The position numbers and the translations under genes were made by a program. The notes beneath the pieces were generated by a model that ran no database searches, had not been told where the DNA came from, and saw only the letters and a list, made by a program, of their open reading frames with translations. A DNA stretch of 64,000 bases from Mobula hypostoma (taxonomy: Eukaryota). The stretch is taken from positions 242,546,001 through 242,610,000 of the forward strand of contig NC_086097.1 in assembly GCF_963921235.1 (NCBI RefSeq), written 5' to 3'. Positions 37,161 to 51,494 of this stretch are shown here, piece by piece. Each line of letters opens with the position of its first letter. The first letter of the stretch is position 1.

Positions 37161-38534
37161 GCCTCACTCTTGTAGAACAGAGACCCAATGGTACAGGCAT
37201 ATAATAAATGGAAAGTAGTGATACAACAGGGAAATGAAGATCTTGTTCGGCACATTTACTAACATCGATCTGGACAATCAGAGCAGAATTGGGGATGGCA
37301 TGTTGCATTCCCAATTACCTTTGGTGATCTTCAACACAATAACCAAATACTTACTTAAAAGATTTATCACTTTAAAATGGTCCCCTCATCACAGACTGAC
37401 AGGATTTTAAAAGTCAAAATGATTCTTACCATAACAACATTTCTATAATAGTTTCTTGGATTTCTTGCCACACTAGAGATTTCAGAACTGGTGCACTTTT
37501 TCCAACAGGAGTTTTTCCAACACTCTAAAATGCTCAGTAAATAGTCGCTGGACAGACTGAAGAGCCCAAAGAGGTGTACTTATTGCTAATATTTATCACA
37601 GCATGCAACAGTTGTACATTAGAACAGCTAAATGTACATCACCCCAACTTGGAAATGTATGTCATTTCTTCATCATCATGGTGTCTTACTCTTGAACTCC
37701 CTACCCAATGTCATTGTGAGAGAACATTCACCCAAAGGACTGCAGCAATTCAAGGCGGCAGCTCGTTACAATGAGGGGTGGGTAATAAAAGCTTTTAAGG
37801 TCTCTACAACCTATGTTCTCTTTTTTCATTGATTCCAACAGCCGCAAGAAAACGAATCTCAAGGTGGTAGGAATATGGTGACATGTACTTACTTTGATAA
37901 TAAATTTACTTTGAACTTTTCCTCACTAGCAAATGCCTGAAAAATAAATAAGTCCAGGCTAGAAATTTGATTTTCTGTTTGAGGGTACAGAATTTGGAAT
38001 GGCACAGTAGTATAGTGGTTATCGCAATTGCTTTTACAGTACCAGCGATCACCGATGGGGATTGATTCCTGCTACTGCCTATAAGAAGATGTAATCACCC
38101 TGTGACCATGTGAGTTTCCTCTCTCATTCCCAAGATGTACAAGTTGGGGTTAGTGAGTTGTGGCATTCTATGATGGCACGGAGAGTGTGGCAACACTTGC
38201 AGGCTGCCCCAGCACAATTCTCAGTTAGCTGGTCGCTGATACAAAATGGCGTGCTTCATTGTATGTTTTGATATACATGTAACAAATAAAGCTAATCTCA
38301 TCAGAATCAAATATTTTTATAGCACCACTGTTTTTACCAATTCACTTGATATTGTATAGTTTAAGTGAGCCACAGGTTCGTCATCATCAGTTAAAGTCCT
38401 CAGCAAATGATGGCCGTTACACAAATTATAGAACAGTGATCCACTCCGAACAGGTGTCACAAAAAAGTTTTGTCAAAGTTTCTTCCGAAAAAAATCTTTA
38501 AATTTGCATTGAAGATTCTAACTTTTAAGAAAAC

Positions 38535-39062
38535 AACTCAGTATTCTGACCTCCTGTGCCTAACTGAGCGTATGTTGATGGTCTTCAGCTGCCCTATCTG
38601 ATCCACTTCCAGGTTTGGTGTGTTGTGCGTTCAGAGATGCTGTAATGCCTGTTATTTGATTTACTGTTGCCTTCCTGCTTGAACCAGTCTTGTCATTCTC
38701 CTATGACCTCTCTCATTATTAAGGCGTTTTTGCCCACAGAACTGCTTCTCACTGGATTTTTGTTTTTCGCATTATTCTTTAGCATTACTCTTTTCGTATA
38801 AACTTTTTAGACTTGTGCGTAAAAATCCCAGGAGATCAACAGTTTCTACGATACTCAAACCACCCTATCAGACACCAACAATCATTCCACGGTCAAAGCC
38901 ACTTACATCACATTTCTTTCCCATTCTGCTGGTTGGGCTGAACAATAACTGAAGCACTTGATTGTCTCTGCATGTTTTTATCTACTAAATTGTTGCCACA
39001 TAATTGCGGATTAAATATTTGCACTACTAGGCAGGTGTACCTAATAATATGGCCAATGAATG
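38535..39062 (-). mobile_element. Internally deleted Tc1-like element
   Basis: Minus strand from 38924 reads MGKKCDVSGFDRGMIVGV**GGLSIVETVDLLGF (Tc1 HTH); terminus gtgtacctaataatatggccaatgaatg followed by TA. Confidence 0.7.
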
Positions 39063-39517
39063 TATAATTTCTTCAAAGATTACCAATGGTGTTAATTTCT
39101 GTAAGCCCCTGTTCATTATTGTACATTCACTCTATATTACTGGTCAGTCAAGCTGCTGTATCATTAAGCCAAAGACACAAACTTCAATTTTGCAATCCAT
39201 CACAGATACAAATAAATATCACCTCACTCTTTTTGAAAACATCAAGCCATACAAAACAGAAATTTAAAATATAAATTTAAAAAATACAAAATATGAATTT
39301 TAGTTACACTTGATAAATCTATTGCCATGATAACCAAGCTTAAATTGTTCAAAAGATTCTGAGGCTTGGATGAGTCTTTCTTCCCCATCAAAATCAAAAT
39401 TACTGCCAAATTATACAATCTCCATCTTTATCAATTCAGAGTGCAATGTATATTGAAGATCAAATGTGTATGTGTGTACATGCGCGCATGCATCATGAAG
39501 ACTGCAAGCAAACTTAC

Positions 39518-39613
39518 TTTATTTTCTCCTTCGATTACCAGTACAGGTACTGTAGTTGAAGGCCAACGGTGCTTGGCTGGTAGGGGTTTGTCACAGTCCC
39601 ATAAAACAATAAC
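39518..39613 (-). CDS. EXT1: Exostosin-1 exon 7 (96 nt)
   Basis: [32 protein letters not shown]; cag acceptor, gtaagt donor. Confidence 0.96.
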
Positions 39614-41172
39614 CTGAAAACAACCAAAAATAGTTAGTCATAGAATTTACACTGATGCTAATCTCATGGCAATTAAAATGCTGTTTCATAAATTAAAATA
39701 TTACTACTTATTCCAAAATAATGTCATATACTTTAATCTTGGAATATTTCTGTTTTTCATACAATACAGATTTTGACAAGTTTTGTGATCCTAAACTAAA
39801 TGACGTGTTTATTGGAAGTATCACTATTTCAAAAGAAGGAACTGAATAAAAACAAGAGAAATGTGTTTTCTAAGCCCGCAATTACAGCCAGAAATAAAAG
39901 TTTTTCAAGTTTACAGATGCAGTGAGATATGGAGGAACACAATTTTATTATAGCAATGTCTCTGACTTTATTAATGACTTACAAAACAGGAACTTATTTT
40001 ATTCACTGAGCAGCCAAAGTACACTAAATAAAATCATGTAGGTTTTGATTGTTAATCTGTGTTCAGTTAGTAATTTCAGTTTCTGTCATTGTAGGAGCAA
40101 TGTGATTGCCATCAGTTTGCAGGGGTGGAGGGAAGGGAGAGGTCTATATACATTCCAGTATCTGGTAGTTATAAGACTACTAGACAGAAGACCCACCTGG
40201 CCCATTGAGTCTGCTCCAGCATTCAATCTTGTCTAGTTCTTTTTCCCCAACCCTATTCGTCTGCATTCTCTTGGTAACCCTTAATCCCCTTACTTGTCAA
40301 GAACCAATAAACATCAGCCTTAAATATACCCAATGACCTGGCTTCCAAAGCTCACTGTGTCAATGAATTCTATAGATTCTCCTCTACCTTCTGGCTGAAG
40401 AAATTCCTCATCTCAGTTTGAAAGGGAATCTTGATCCAAGATTCTTCTACCAATGGAAACATCCTATCCACACCCAGTTGATCTAGGTTTTTCAGTGTTC
40501 AGTAGATTATCTTAACTATGCTTTGACTATGTTAAGACCATTAGACCATAAGATATAGGAGAAGAATTAGGCCATTTTGCCCAATTGAGTCTGCATTTCT
40601 TCATGGCTGATCTATTTTCCACTTAATCCCAATTTCTTGCCTTCTCCCTGTAACCCTTCATATCCTAATCAAGAAACTGCCAACTTCTGCCTTAAATAAC
40701 CTCAATGACTTGGCTTCTACAACCACCAGTGGAAACAAATTTCACAGATTCACCACCTTCTGGCAGAAAAAATTACTCCTAATCTCCATTTATAAATGGA
40801 AGTCCCTCTATTCTGACTGAGGCTGTGCCCTCTAGTCTTAGACTCCCCCACCATAGGAAACATCCTCTCCACATTCATTCTATCAAGGCCTTTCAAGCAT
40901 TCTATAGGTTTCAATGAGATTCCACCACCCCCACTTTCTTCTAAATTCCAGTTAAGGCAGAAAGAACAACTGCAGTCAAACTAAAGTTTGTCATTAAAAC
41001 TGACATTGATAGTAGCCTAAGACAGGCTTTCCATCGGCTGCTACTATTTGTATGACTACAGCCTAACCACACACTACTTGCAGAGACATGAACCACAGCT
41101 CTCCACCTCTAATCTTGAATGACAATGTAAACTATGTATTTGCTAAATTGAATGGAGAAATGGACGGCTTAC

Positions 41173-41291
41173 CTGGGCACAATATTGACTCTTAGTTACT
41201 GCCAGCAGGAGCTTTAATATTGGCTGTGACTGCGAAACCAGCGGAGTCACTGCATGGATAATGGCAGTAAAATTTGTTGAAGTCATTATAC
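41173..41291 (-). CDS. EXT1: Exostosin-1 exon 6 (119 nt, start of GT64 domain)
   Basis: (G)[39 protein letters not shown]; cag acceptor, gtaagc donor; phase matches exon 5. Confidence 0.96.
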
Positions 41292-42712
41292 CTGAAACAA
41301 AAATCAAAGAAGCTATAAAAAACAGAAGCTAAAAACAACCAGAGGCTGATTATAACAACATTAAACCTTGGCTTTCCATATTAGGAAATCCAACACCACC
41401 ACACTCCGAATTGCTGGAGTGGGGAAGTTTATATTCGCTCTGTAGCTTTTCTTTTCAACCCTTAGCTTGAAATCTTTTCTCCACTTTAAATTGTTGGTAC
41501 TGTGATTTGATAATGATGTGGAAAGATCAACGTGGTATCTGATGTCTTGGGTGAATGCATCAAAATGGTTATATCTTACTGGATAAAGCAAGGTCAGAAA
41601 AGCCAGAGAGGCAAATAAGGGTTGTATGTAATACAGGGCAAGTGGAATTAAAAACTGTTGAAAGAAAACACTGCAACAGACGGAAAGAATATTAAACACA
41701 GGAATATACTATCGCTGATAAACATCCATTCCTTTTAGAGTCAGAGCATTACAGAACAGAAACAAGTCCTTTGGCCCATCTAGCCCGTGCAGAAGTATTA
41801 TTCTACTTAGTCCCACCAACCTGCACTCACACCATAGCCCTTCATATCCATCCCATCTGTGTATTTATCCAAATTTCTCTTAAATGTTGCAATCAAACCC
41901 ACATCCACTACTTCTGCTGGCAGCTCGTTCCACTCTCTTACCACCAGTGAAGTTCTCTCTTCGGTTCTCCTTAAATAATTCACCTTTCTTCTTTAATCTA
42001 TGACCTCTAGTTCTAGTCTCACTCAACTTCAATGGAAAAATACTTGTATTTATTCTATCTGCCCCCTCACCCCGCCCATAGTTTGTATTTCTGGTCAGAT
42101 TAGGTGAAGAAACACAAGTCACGCCACTGAGTATTCAAAGACTTGAGCTCTGATTTTACCACTCACAGGGCAACTCTTCTTCATTTCAAACTGCTGCATG
42201 ATTTATGCTTACTAAAATATGCCAAACACTCAATAATTCTCAATAAATACAAATCTGATAGACGAAAGAGACTCATTCCAGAAATAATCTGAACATCAAT
42301 CAACTTTGCATTCCTGTCATTACTGATGTGCGCCTGTAATGTTTGAATGCATTCATTGTACTTTCTTAAACCATATTTGTCTGTGGCTGTCCTAAAACAT
42401 CAGAAGTGAGTAAAGACCAAAGATTGCTTCTTTGGTATTTCTTAATTCATAAAATACCTCTGCAACTACATCAATAGATTATCAATGAATTATAAGATTG
42501 CATCTAAGATACTTGCATACCCTTTTACTGCCTTGAATGGAAATAGTTTAACATCCAGGTTCCAGGTTATTCTGAGAAGTTAATTTATGACCAACAAAGT
42601 TTGTAACATACACTTGCTATTATTTTTATGCAAGTATTGAAATATACAAAGGATTAACAATGTACAGTATTTACTATCTGATCATGATGTACAAATTTAA
42701 ATGACTACTTAC

Positions 42713-42845
42713 CTAGATAAGAATAATAAAAAGGAAAATCTCCTAGATAGGTTGAATACTGTGGCTGACTGAATAATCCTCCTGGAGGTTTATTCCAAAT
42801 TAAGCCATTGCGAGACATATGGTTAAAAATTCTGTCTTGAATTAT
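42713..42845 (-). CDS. EXT1: Exostosin-1 exon 5 (133 nt)
   Basis: [44 protein letters not shown](G); cag acceptor, gtaagt donor. Confidence 0.97.
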
Positions 42846-44099
42846 CTGTTTAAAAAAAAATATTATTAGCAATACCAATGTCTCCCTACTGCAAAGGATG
42901 GATCTTCTGGTGATATATCCAAAAAATGAGTAACTGCTCTTTACTCAGTTCCCCATTCATCCAATTTCCTAATCTGCTCCACCATAATAAATGATATATC
43001 ACATTTGAACACTGCATGAAGATACAACTACTGTCATGAATGCCTATAATAAAATCTACAGGGTTTCCCAGATATACAAATGAAAAAAAATTAGTGTTAA
43101 GTGAAAACACCAAACCAAAATGACATTTCATGTTACTTTCAGTTCTGTAGCAGACGTCACAAATGTCATAAAACTTCAATATCTTGAAAATATACCAACA
43201 TAAGTACTTGAAATAAATATTAATAACATTTCATTAAGTTTTGAATTAACAATAAAAGTATACAGTATATTCTGCATCCTTTCAGGTTACGTTAAGTGAA
43301 ATACAAGTTATAGAGGAGTTTTGACAAGATGGATATATCCTTTTGCAGGAGAACCTAGAAACTGTCCCCATCTTCACCAGCTTCAAGTTCCTAGGTGTGA
43401 ACATCTGTTCCGGTCCAACCACGTTGGTGTCAGACCCAAGAGAGGCTCTACTTCCTCAGGCCTTGAGGCCTGGTGTAGTTTCTCATCCTGAGATGTACAC
43501 AAGAGCACCTTCTTCCAAAAAAGTCATGCTCATCTATAATAAATGCTGATTTAGTGCTGATTTTCCTTAATGATTTTAACTTCTGTGAAAAATCTTTCAC
43601 TGCCAAAATAACTTCACAATTATACCTAACGTGCAAGTATTTAAACTCCTTGAAAAACATGAACCGGCCATGGCTGGCCTTGAATTTATTGCAAACAACA
43701 AAAATCTGCAGATGCTGGAAATCCAAGCAACACACAAAATGCTGGAGGAACTTGGCAGGCCAGGCAGCACCTATGGAAATAAAATACATTTAATGTTTCG
43801 GGTCTGGCCTTTTGAATTCTTCCAGCATTTTGTGTGTGTTGCTTGAACCTATTGGATCTTTCAAAGAATTCATCCCTCCCCACATATTGCCATGAGGATC
43901 ATGCATTTCTCTAAATCATTTCAAAGGGTGCATGCCACTGATTGCAATTCCATAACCTCATACTTAACATCTCTTCCTTTTACTGTTCATATATCTACAG
44001 AAAAATTGAGATTTTTCTAGAAAAATAAGATCCCTTACTATGCTTCTAGTCTACCCTTTAGGGATTTACTTCCATTGCCGTAGTCACTTTCAAGCATGT

Positions 44100-45073
44100 G
44101 TAGACTACACTACTAATTGGTCCATTATTTAACCATGACAGCTGCTTATTTGGGACAATTCTTAAAGAACAAAAACAAATCATGAAAATTGCTGAGATTC
44201 CCTTCATTTATTTGGGATAATATGCCACTTCACTGGGGCAGAGGACTTGATGAACGGGCTTTAACTAGCCTCAATCGCACACAGCTGTGCGTCTGTTAGA
44301 TGCTACACCATGCATTTTAAATAGCATCAGTTACATGTATTTGAGTTCGAAAAGCAGTGATCTTTGTTACTGATAGTTGGTGAGAAATAAGCATTGATAC
44401 TTGGAGATGCCAGAAACTGTCAGAAGTGAAAATGAAATGATTTCACTACTTCAACAAGCGAGGAACTATGAAGAATTTGAAGGTATTGACAATCATCTTG
44501 AAAGTTGCTTTTGGTCCCCAATGGACACTCAGCTGTGGCTCAAAGCAGCTGTATGCATGCGACTATACACCGGTACACTGCTTCGACAGGTGGGCTAAAC
44601 TAGGCTTCATACGCTGGTGAGATAGGAACATGCCTGTCCTAACATGCGGTCAGCTCTAGCAGACTAGGCTGATAACATCTACAGTGAAATCTAACGACCA
44701 GGTAAGTGGTTCTGTGACATGTAGAGAGCGAAGAGCATGACGAGGCACAGGAGTAGTCATGGTCATCCACAGCAACCAGGGAAGGCCCCAGTCCTCATAT
44801 CTACTCGTACCACCAGACCTGGACTTCTGAGGTCGAGAACTGGCCCAGTGCACTCCACCCCAAAAGCTTTCCCGCACAGGTTTCCTGTGATCATTGGATA
44901 TGACAGACAGTTGCCAGTAGTATTGGTAGTGCTTTGCATTCCACTTAAAAGCATAATTTGTGACTCAGTTGAACAACAGCTTCTTTTTTTAGCATTTTAA
45001 ATTATTTCCATGAAGCTTCAGCTAATTGGGCCAAAATGGGTCACGATGTGTCCCAGTGAACCAGAATCCATTG
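44100..45073 (+). mobile_element. Tigger/pogo-like non-autonomous element with an insertion at about 44505-44910
   Basis: Shares SENEMISLLQQ.RNY.EFEG..N.LE coding remnant with 57391-57914; end resembles cccaattaaccggaatccactg. Confidence 0.6.
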
Positions 45074-45188
45074 AATAGCAAGTTTCAAAGATCAATGTCA
45101 ATAGGAACCCTACAAGTCAAGCAGCTGCTGTCTGGTGTCTCAAGGCATTCAAGTAAAATGGTCAAACTATTGGATAGGGATCTTCATA

Positions 45189-45980
45189 TGTAATGCACTG
45201 ATTAAGATTTTTTACTGCTAATGCTGTAGGGTATTTCATTTAATAGACTTTTGCAGAAGTAGTGTTCTGCTGATTGGGTTTCAGTTAGAAATAAGGGGTT
45301 GTGATGTTCATCTTAGGAGAGTTGCATCAGTCAATCAGTATGGTGGAATTGGGAGAAGGTTCTGGAGAAAGCTGAGTGGAGAGGTTTTTGTGATGAACAC
45401 TGGTGTGGGTTGAAGTCTTTTTGGTGGGAGCTGGGAAAAGACAAAAGGGAAGAGGTCTGAGGATGCCGTCCTGGTTACGCAGGGTGCTTTGTGCAGATGA
45501 ATGACTTCAAGGAGGAAGGGCCAATATTCCAGTGAAGGAGTCTGTTTGTTGGAGATGGATTTCTGAAACATTCAGGAGATGGTGTGGGCTTTCCCACAGA
45601 CCGTGGGACCAGCTTGCGAGTTAAAGACAACTTCAACATGAGCTCCAACTTTATATGCATGTGGAGACTGGGTTAACTTATGGGCCCTTCCATTTTTTCT
45701 TCCCTTTTCTTTTTCCTACTAACCATTCGATAAAGCTAAAATTGGTAAGTATGCATTCTTCATATTTGTCTGTAGTGTACGATCTGTTATTTCTTGGCGA
45801 TGGCTAATTGCATGGGGGTAGTATTTACACAGTATTCACACAGATCACGGTTCGGATAGTCGAAACATCCCGACTTTCTGGTTTTGATGGGACCCAAGTG
45901 ATACCGACCCTAGACGCAGAGTTCAAGAAAGTTGGCTTTCTCTTTGCTGAGTCCAGTTGCTGTTAGCGAGGGTGCTAACA
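45189..45980 (+). mobile_element. Possible solo LTR
   Basis: TGTAATGCAC...GTGCTAACA imperfect inverted termini around about 790 bp with more CpG than the flanks; no TSD found. Confidence 0.4.
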
Positions 45981-47809
45981 AACTGTGTTTCCAAGATGTC
46001 CAGTAAAAAGAAGTTTCATGTATCATTGCTGTTCATTAATCATATTAACAAAGGTGAACAGGAAGTTCTTGCAATGTCAAGACAGGATACAATAGAAATA
46101 TGTTGAAGACCAGTTCCTGTTGCAGGTGACCCTCAACTCAGGTAATGGAAGTTCACAAATCACTACCCAAAATTTAAAACATACAGAATAAAATTCACTT
46201 TTATGGCACTTATGCAGAAAAATCTCCTTGATGTATATGCAGGTGACTTGGTTTCTTACAGAAAATCATGATATGGACCGTTTTCTAGGAACACAAGCCC
46301 TCACCCCCCCCCCCAATCCTCATAACATGGAACTAGAAACTGACATTTTTCTGTGTATTCAGGAATGTTTATTATAGTGAGAAAAGCTTTGTTAATCAAG
46401 TCATGGTCTCTAAATAGTCAATTGCATCATAGCAAATATTTGCAAATTGAGTAGCTGTGTAACCATGCGGCAAAAATTATGACTTTAGACGTTGCACAGA
46501 ACCACTCATCTCTGGACTCAAATCCCCAGCTAAGCTGAATTTGCATTTTTATAGTTATAGGAACAAATGGGGCTGCAAAAGATTGAATAGTGGAAGGCAA
46601 GAGAAATGACAAATCTGCTTTTTACAGCTGATTGTAATTCTCCTACATTGGGTGAAAAACTTGGATGATGGTTCAGAATGGTAATTTTCGGAAAGCTGTC
46701 TAGGCTTTTCATTCAATAAAATCAGCACTGGGAACTGGTTATCCATTACGCACATTTATTCCTATTGTCTCCCCCACTCCCCACAACTTCCAAAGCCCTA
46801 TCCACTTCTGCCACCCACCCCCTCCTGTACATAGATCCAATACTCACTATGATGGGGAGAAAGCTTGAAATATTGTAACATCTTGATGAATTTTAATGAG
46901 GTGCTCAAGGTATAACAGAACTATTGCTGTAAATGCTAGCTAGTCCACCTTATCACATGTAAGAGTTAAACTTCTTCCCGTATCTAGACAACATAGTACA
47001 TGTTTTTCTGCTGGGGAATACAAAGCATGCCTTCAAAATTTTAATTCTTTATAGATTGATTCTAGCTTTTAAGAATGGAGACTTTAAAGTGAATCTCAAA
47101 GATAAGGGTAAACTTTTGTCACATGGCCTCACTAATCAATTCATCATTGATAGCAGCTGTGTAGTCTACGCAATGAAATATCAGTCGGGCATAGTTCCGA
47201 ATGGATGATCATATTGGTCTGATTACCCCACCAATTTAGCAGTAGAAAACAGCAACAAACAATTTAACAACATTAAAAGTATTTCATAAAATTGGTAACT
47301 TCAATGTTCTTTATAAAATGTAATTCTCATCAACCCAAACTTTGAGAAGTTACTCAACTAAAATGAATGGAAGTGAGATGCTGCTGATTAAATGTTGATA
47401 AGGCCACAGTGTGAATGACATCTAAATAAATATGCTAATATACATGCACACAAATTAAAATATTCAGCACTCGCTTCCATTCATGAAGCTTGATGAGCAC
47501 AAGCAGTATGGCATGCTGCAGACAATTTAACTGGCTATAGGCCCCCTGAGAACTAAATAACCCATTTATACTGTCACTGTATTTTCATGTACAGAATAAT
47601 TTTGTGGCATTGGATAATGTTTCCATATACAATATGCTGCTTGTAGACAGTGAAAATTTTACAGTAGACATAATCACAAGTAGAAATTAATCTGATGAAT
47701 GATCTCTAAATGGGTTTAAAAACTTCAATCTTTAGTTGGTTCAGAAAGTTCACAACATTTTCATAAAATTATGAATGAATTAAAGGTTAAATTGCAAAGT
47801 CATACTCAC

Positions 47810-47929
47810 TTCTAACGTAGTCAATACTATCCTCTCAACTGAAGAAAAATAAGCGTCCCATAAGAACTGTGTCTGCTGCCTAAGTGCTAAGATTTTGTTC
47901 TGATTAATAGACCTTACAGTTGATGGTAT
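47810..47929 (-). CDS. EXT1: Exostosin-1 exon 4 (120 nt)
   Basis: [40 protein letters not shown]; cag acceptor, gtgagt donor. Confidence 0.97.
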
Positions 47930-50900
47930 CTGTAAGACAAGAGAACGCATGATCAGCAATTGTACAAAATGTAAACTTCATCAAGTTTACTAATTGACCA
48001 ATACTTTATCTTCACAGAGGAAAACTAACAACTTATTGCTTCAGTTTGGTAATGAATTTGCAAGACACTTGAGTAATAGTACGCGTGAAACAGACCAACA
48101 ACTAATAAAACAGATTTCAGGTTAACAGTGTCATCTCTGCACATCCTTCCTTTCCCCAGTGGAGGAAGCATAAATCAAACCATTGTTTTAAAAAGATATA
48201 AAATGACAATTTCCACTGATTGATCATTCTGAGTCAATGCATTTAATAAAAATCATAAATTAAACACCAAGCTTCAAATATATTTTATAAGTTACTTTGT
48301 TTTACTAACAACAGCACTTCCTTTAATAGTTTATGTTTCATTCTAGGACAGAAAGGCAATGTGCTTCTGCTTGTAGCCTTAAATCAACCAAGTTGAATGA
48401 AATAACAGGAGTAAACTCATCATTGCTCCAGAGACTGAGGATAAAAAACAAAGAATGACAACAGTAGTTGGCAAGTAGGGGGATACATCACATACTTTTG
48501 TGCCCTGGTGGTTGGATTTTGACTTATTCCCAAATAGGGGTTTGCTGGATGTAAATCCTATGCCATGTGGGAAATCAAAATTAAATTAAATAAGTAATGA
48601 ATGCAAAATTAGAAATAAAAAAAGTAGTGAGGTAGTGTTCATGGGCTGATTGTCCATTCAGAAATCGGATGGCAGAGAAGCAGTTCCTAAATCATTGAAT
48701 GTGTAACTTCAAGCTCCTGTCCCTTCTTCCTGATGGTAGCAATGAGAACAGGAAATGTCCTGGGTGATGGGGGCTCTTAATGACGGATTCCTTAAATGAA
48801 GATGAGCAGATAAATTGTGAAGTAGCCCACAAAATGTACTATGCTTTTCAACCCATATTTGCCCTGAACAGTGCTGGTTATTTAGGCAAGTGCAAATAAG
48901 TTCTTGCATGGGTTGGAATAGAAAAAGGAATGAGAGTTCTAGAGATTTCAATAATTAGAAGTATGGTGGTTGGAATACAGGCATTTCTGTGGCCATTACA
49001 TAAAGGACAGGGTGGAATGCTGCTTAAGGTTGTTAACAAATGGGTAGCGAAATTCTGGGGCGGAATACAGATAGCCAGTGACATAGGCTGTCAGGTAAGC
49101 AATGTCTGGATTACAGGGAGCTAAGAATGAGACTGAAAAGCCCCAAACTTACCTCTGAAGAATATTGCTGAGGGCAACCTGCACCAACCAGTGAGGCCAT
49201 GTGACGAGCTGGGCCTCGATCAACATGATTAGGTTACATGCGGGTCAGAACAAGCTCTGCATATTAACTGCTGAGACAGACCCACTAACCCACCCCTCCA
49301 CACTACCACTTTATAAATTTCCTGTCAATCACCTTACGTACAGACACTTCTGTGCCTAGCTTCACTTTATGGACACACACTCAATTTATGTATGTATTTA
49401 AGTTACTGTATTTTTAAATCTCACTAGGTTTTTGGTGCTGCTTCAAAACCAGAGAAACAATAATTTTGTTCTCTTTTACACTTGTATACTGGAACTTACA
49501 TTAAGCTTCATTATTAGACATTAATCTTGCAGAGGTAAAGCCATGTACCTTTTGCTTTAAAAAAAACACTTCAGTGTCAAGAATAATGGGAAGCATTCCT
49601 AAGATTACTTTTTAGATTAGCTTTTTTTTGCCACATGTACATAAAAAAAAATACAGTGAGATGCAGGGTTTATGTCAAATCAGATCGGCGAGGATTGTGC
49701 TGGGCAGTCCACGTGTGCTGCCACACTTTCAGCACCAACATAATCTGCCACAAACTCACTAACCCTAAATATACATCTCTGGAATGTTGGGGAAACTGAA
49801 GCACTTGGGAGAAAACTCTTGTGGCCACAGGGAGAATGTACGAATGTATAAACTGTTTACTGGCAGTGGTGGGAATTAAATCTAATTGCTGATTGCTGGC
49901 ACTGCAATAGCATTACACTTAATTCCTATGCCACCATGTCATCCTCAAAGTGACTAAAACTTAAACGTTTAAGACAATTTAAAGAAATTAATGGATTTAA
50001 ATAGTTATCAAAAACTTCAATGCATTCAGTGTACCTGATAAGAGTCATAGATTGCATAAAGAGCCAGAAACTTTACCTCAGGGCAGAAATGTCTGATACC
50101 GGGGGCATAATTTTAAAGTGACTGGAAGAAAGTGGGGGGGGGGGTGGGGGGGGCGTTGGCGGTGAAAATGTCAGAGGTAGTGAGTATGTGGAATGCCTGG
50201 TCGGTGTTAGTAGAGGCAGAAAAATTAGGGGGATGTAAGAAATTCTTAGATAGGCATATGGATGATAGAAAAATAAGAGAAAAAGACCATAACATATAGG
50301 GGCAGAACGAGGCTATTCAACCCATCAACTCTGTTCCACTATTTCGTATTGGTGGATCAATTTCCCTCTCAACACTAATCTCCTGCCTTCTCCCTGTATC
50401 CCTTAATGCCCTGACTAATCAAGAATCTATCACCCTTTGCCTTAAATATACCCAATGACTTGGCCTCCACAGCCACCTGTGGCAACGAATTCCACAGATT
50501 CACCACTTTCTGGCTAAAGAAATTTCTTCTCATTCTATTCCAAATGGATGTTCCTCTGTTCTGAACAAATCTCCAACGGGCAGCTATGTAGGGAGGAAGG
50601 ATTAGATTGATCTTAGAGTAGTTTAAAATGTCAGGCTGAAGGGCCTCTTCTGTTTTGGTGTTCTGTGTTCTATTTTGGTTTTCCTAAAAGAACTTGAAAC
50701 ACTATTTAAAAATATGACTGCAAATACAATTAAACCAAACCTGCAAATCACCTTGTAGCTGAAAGAACTGAATGTGGGTAGTCAGGTGACTGATCAGAGG
50801 GAGGATCCTTCCAAAAATATTTGGGAATTCCAGCAAACTGCTGCTCAACCATCGGATTAAGAGCTTGGAAATAGCCAGTGGAACTCAGCCAGCAAATCTG

Positions 50901-51494
50901 AGCTTTTCACATTTCAGTTAGGTACCAGAATCTCTAGCAAGCTTGGCAGCAAAACAGAGGCTATTATGAATCAATCTAGTTGCTGCGACTAATAATTATC
51001 TGGAAAGTGAAGTTGTTAAATGTTTTAATCACTGTTTTTACGAAGAAGCATTTAATACATCTCAGAAGCCTGTAATTGGCCTCCTGCAGTACGCCAGTAT
51101 GTGGTTTAAATTGCAGTTCAACTGAAAACAGGAAATGAAAATAAAATTTTAAAAATCACAGCTAGAAAATTCATTGCAAGTACAACAATGTAGTACGAAA
51201 ATAATCTCTATGCAACTTGCACAGAATATCATTAGAAAATAATAGTGGGAAATTTAATTTTCCTAATTATTATGCATTATAAATTCTAGAGTCAGTCATC
51301 ACACTAACAGCCCTGAGAATAAATGAGTATCAACATATATACAAGAATGAGCATTATATTCATAAATAATTTTAGAAAAACATGATTTAAGTCATATTAA
51401 AACTTAAATATTTAATGCAACTTTATAACAGTTTTCTGAACTGTAATCTTGATTCAATATTAAACATGTAACCAATTATGTCAGATAAAATATT

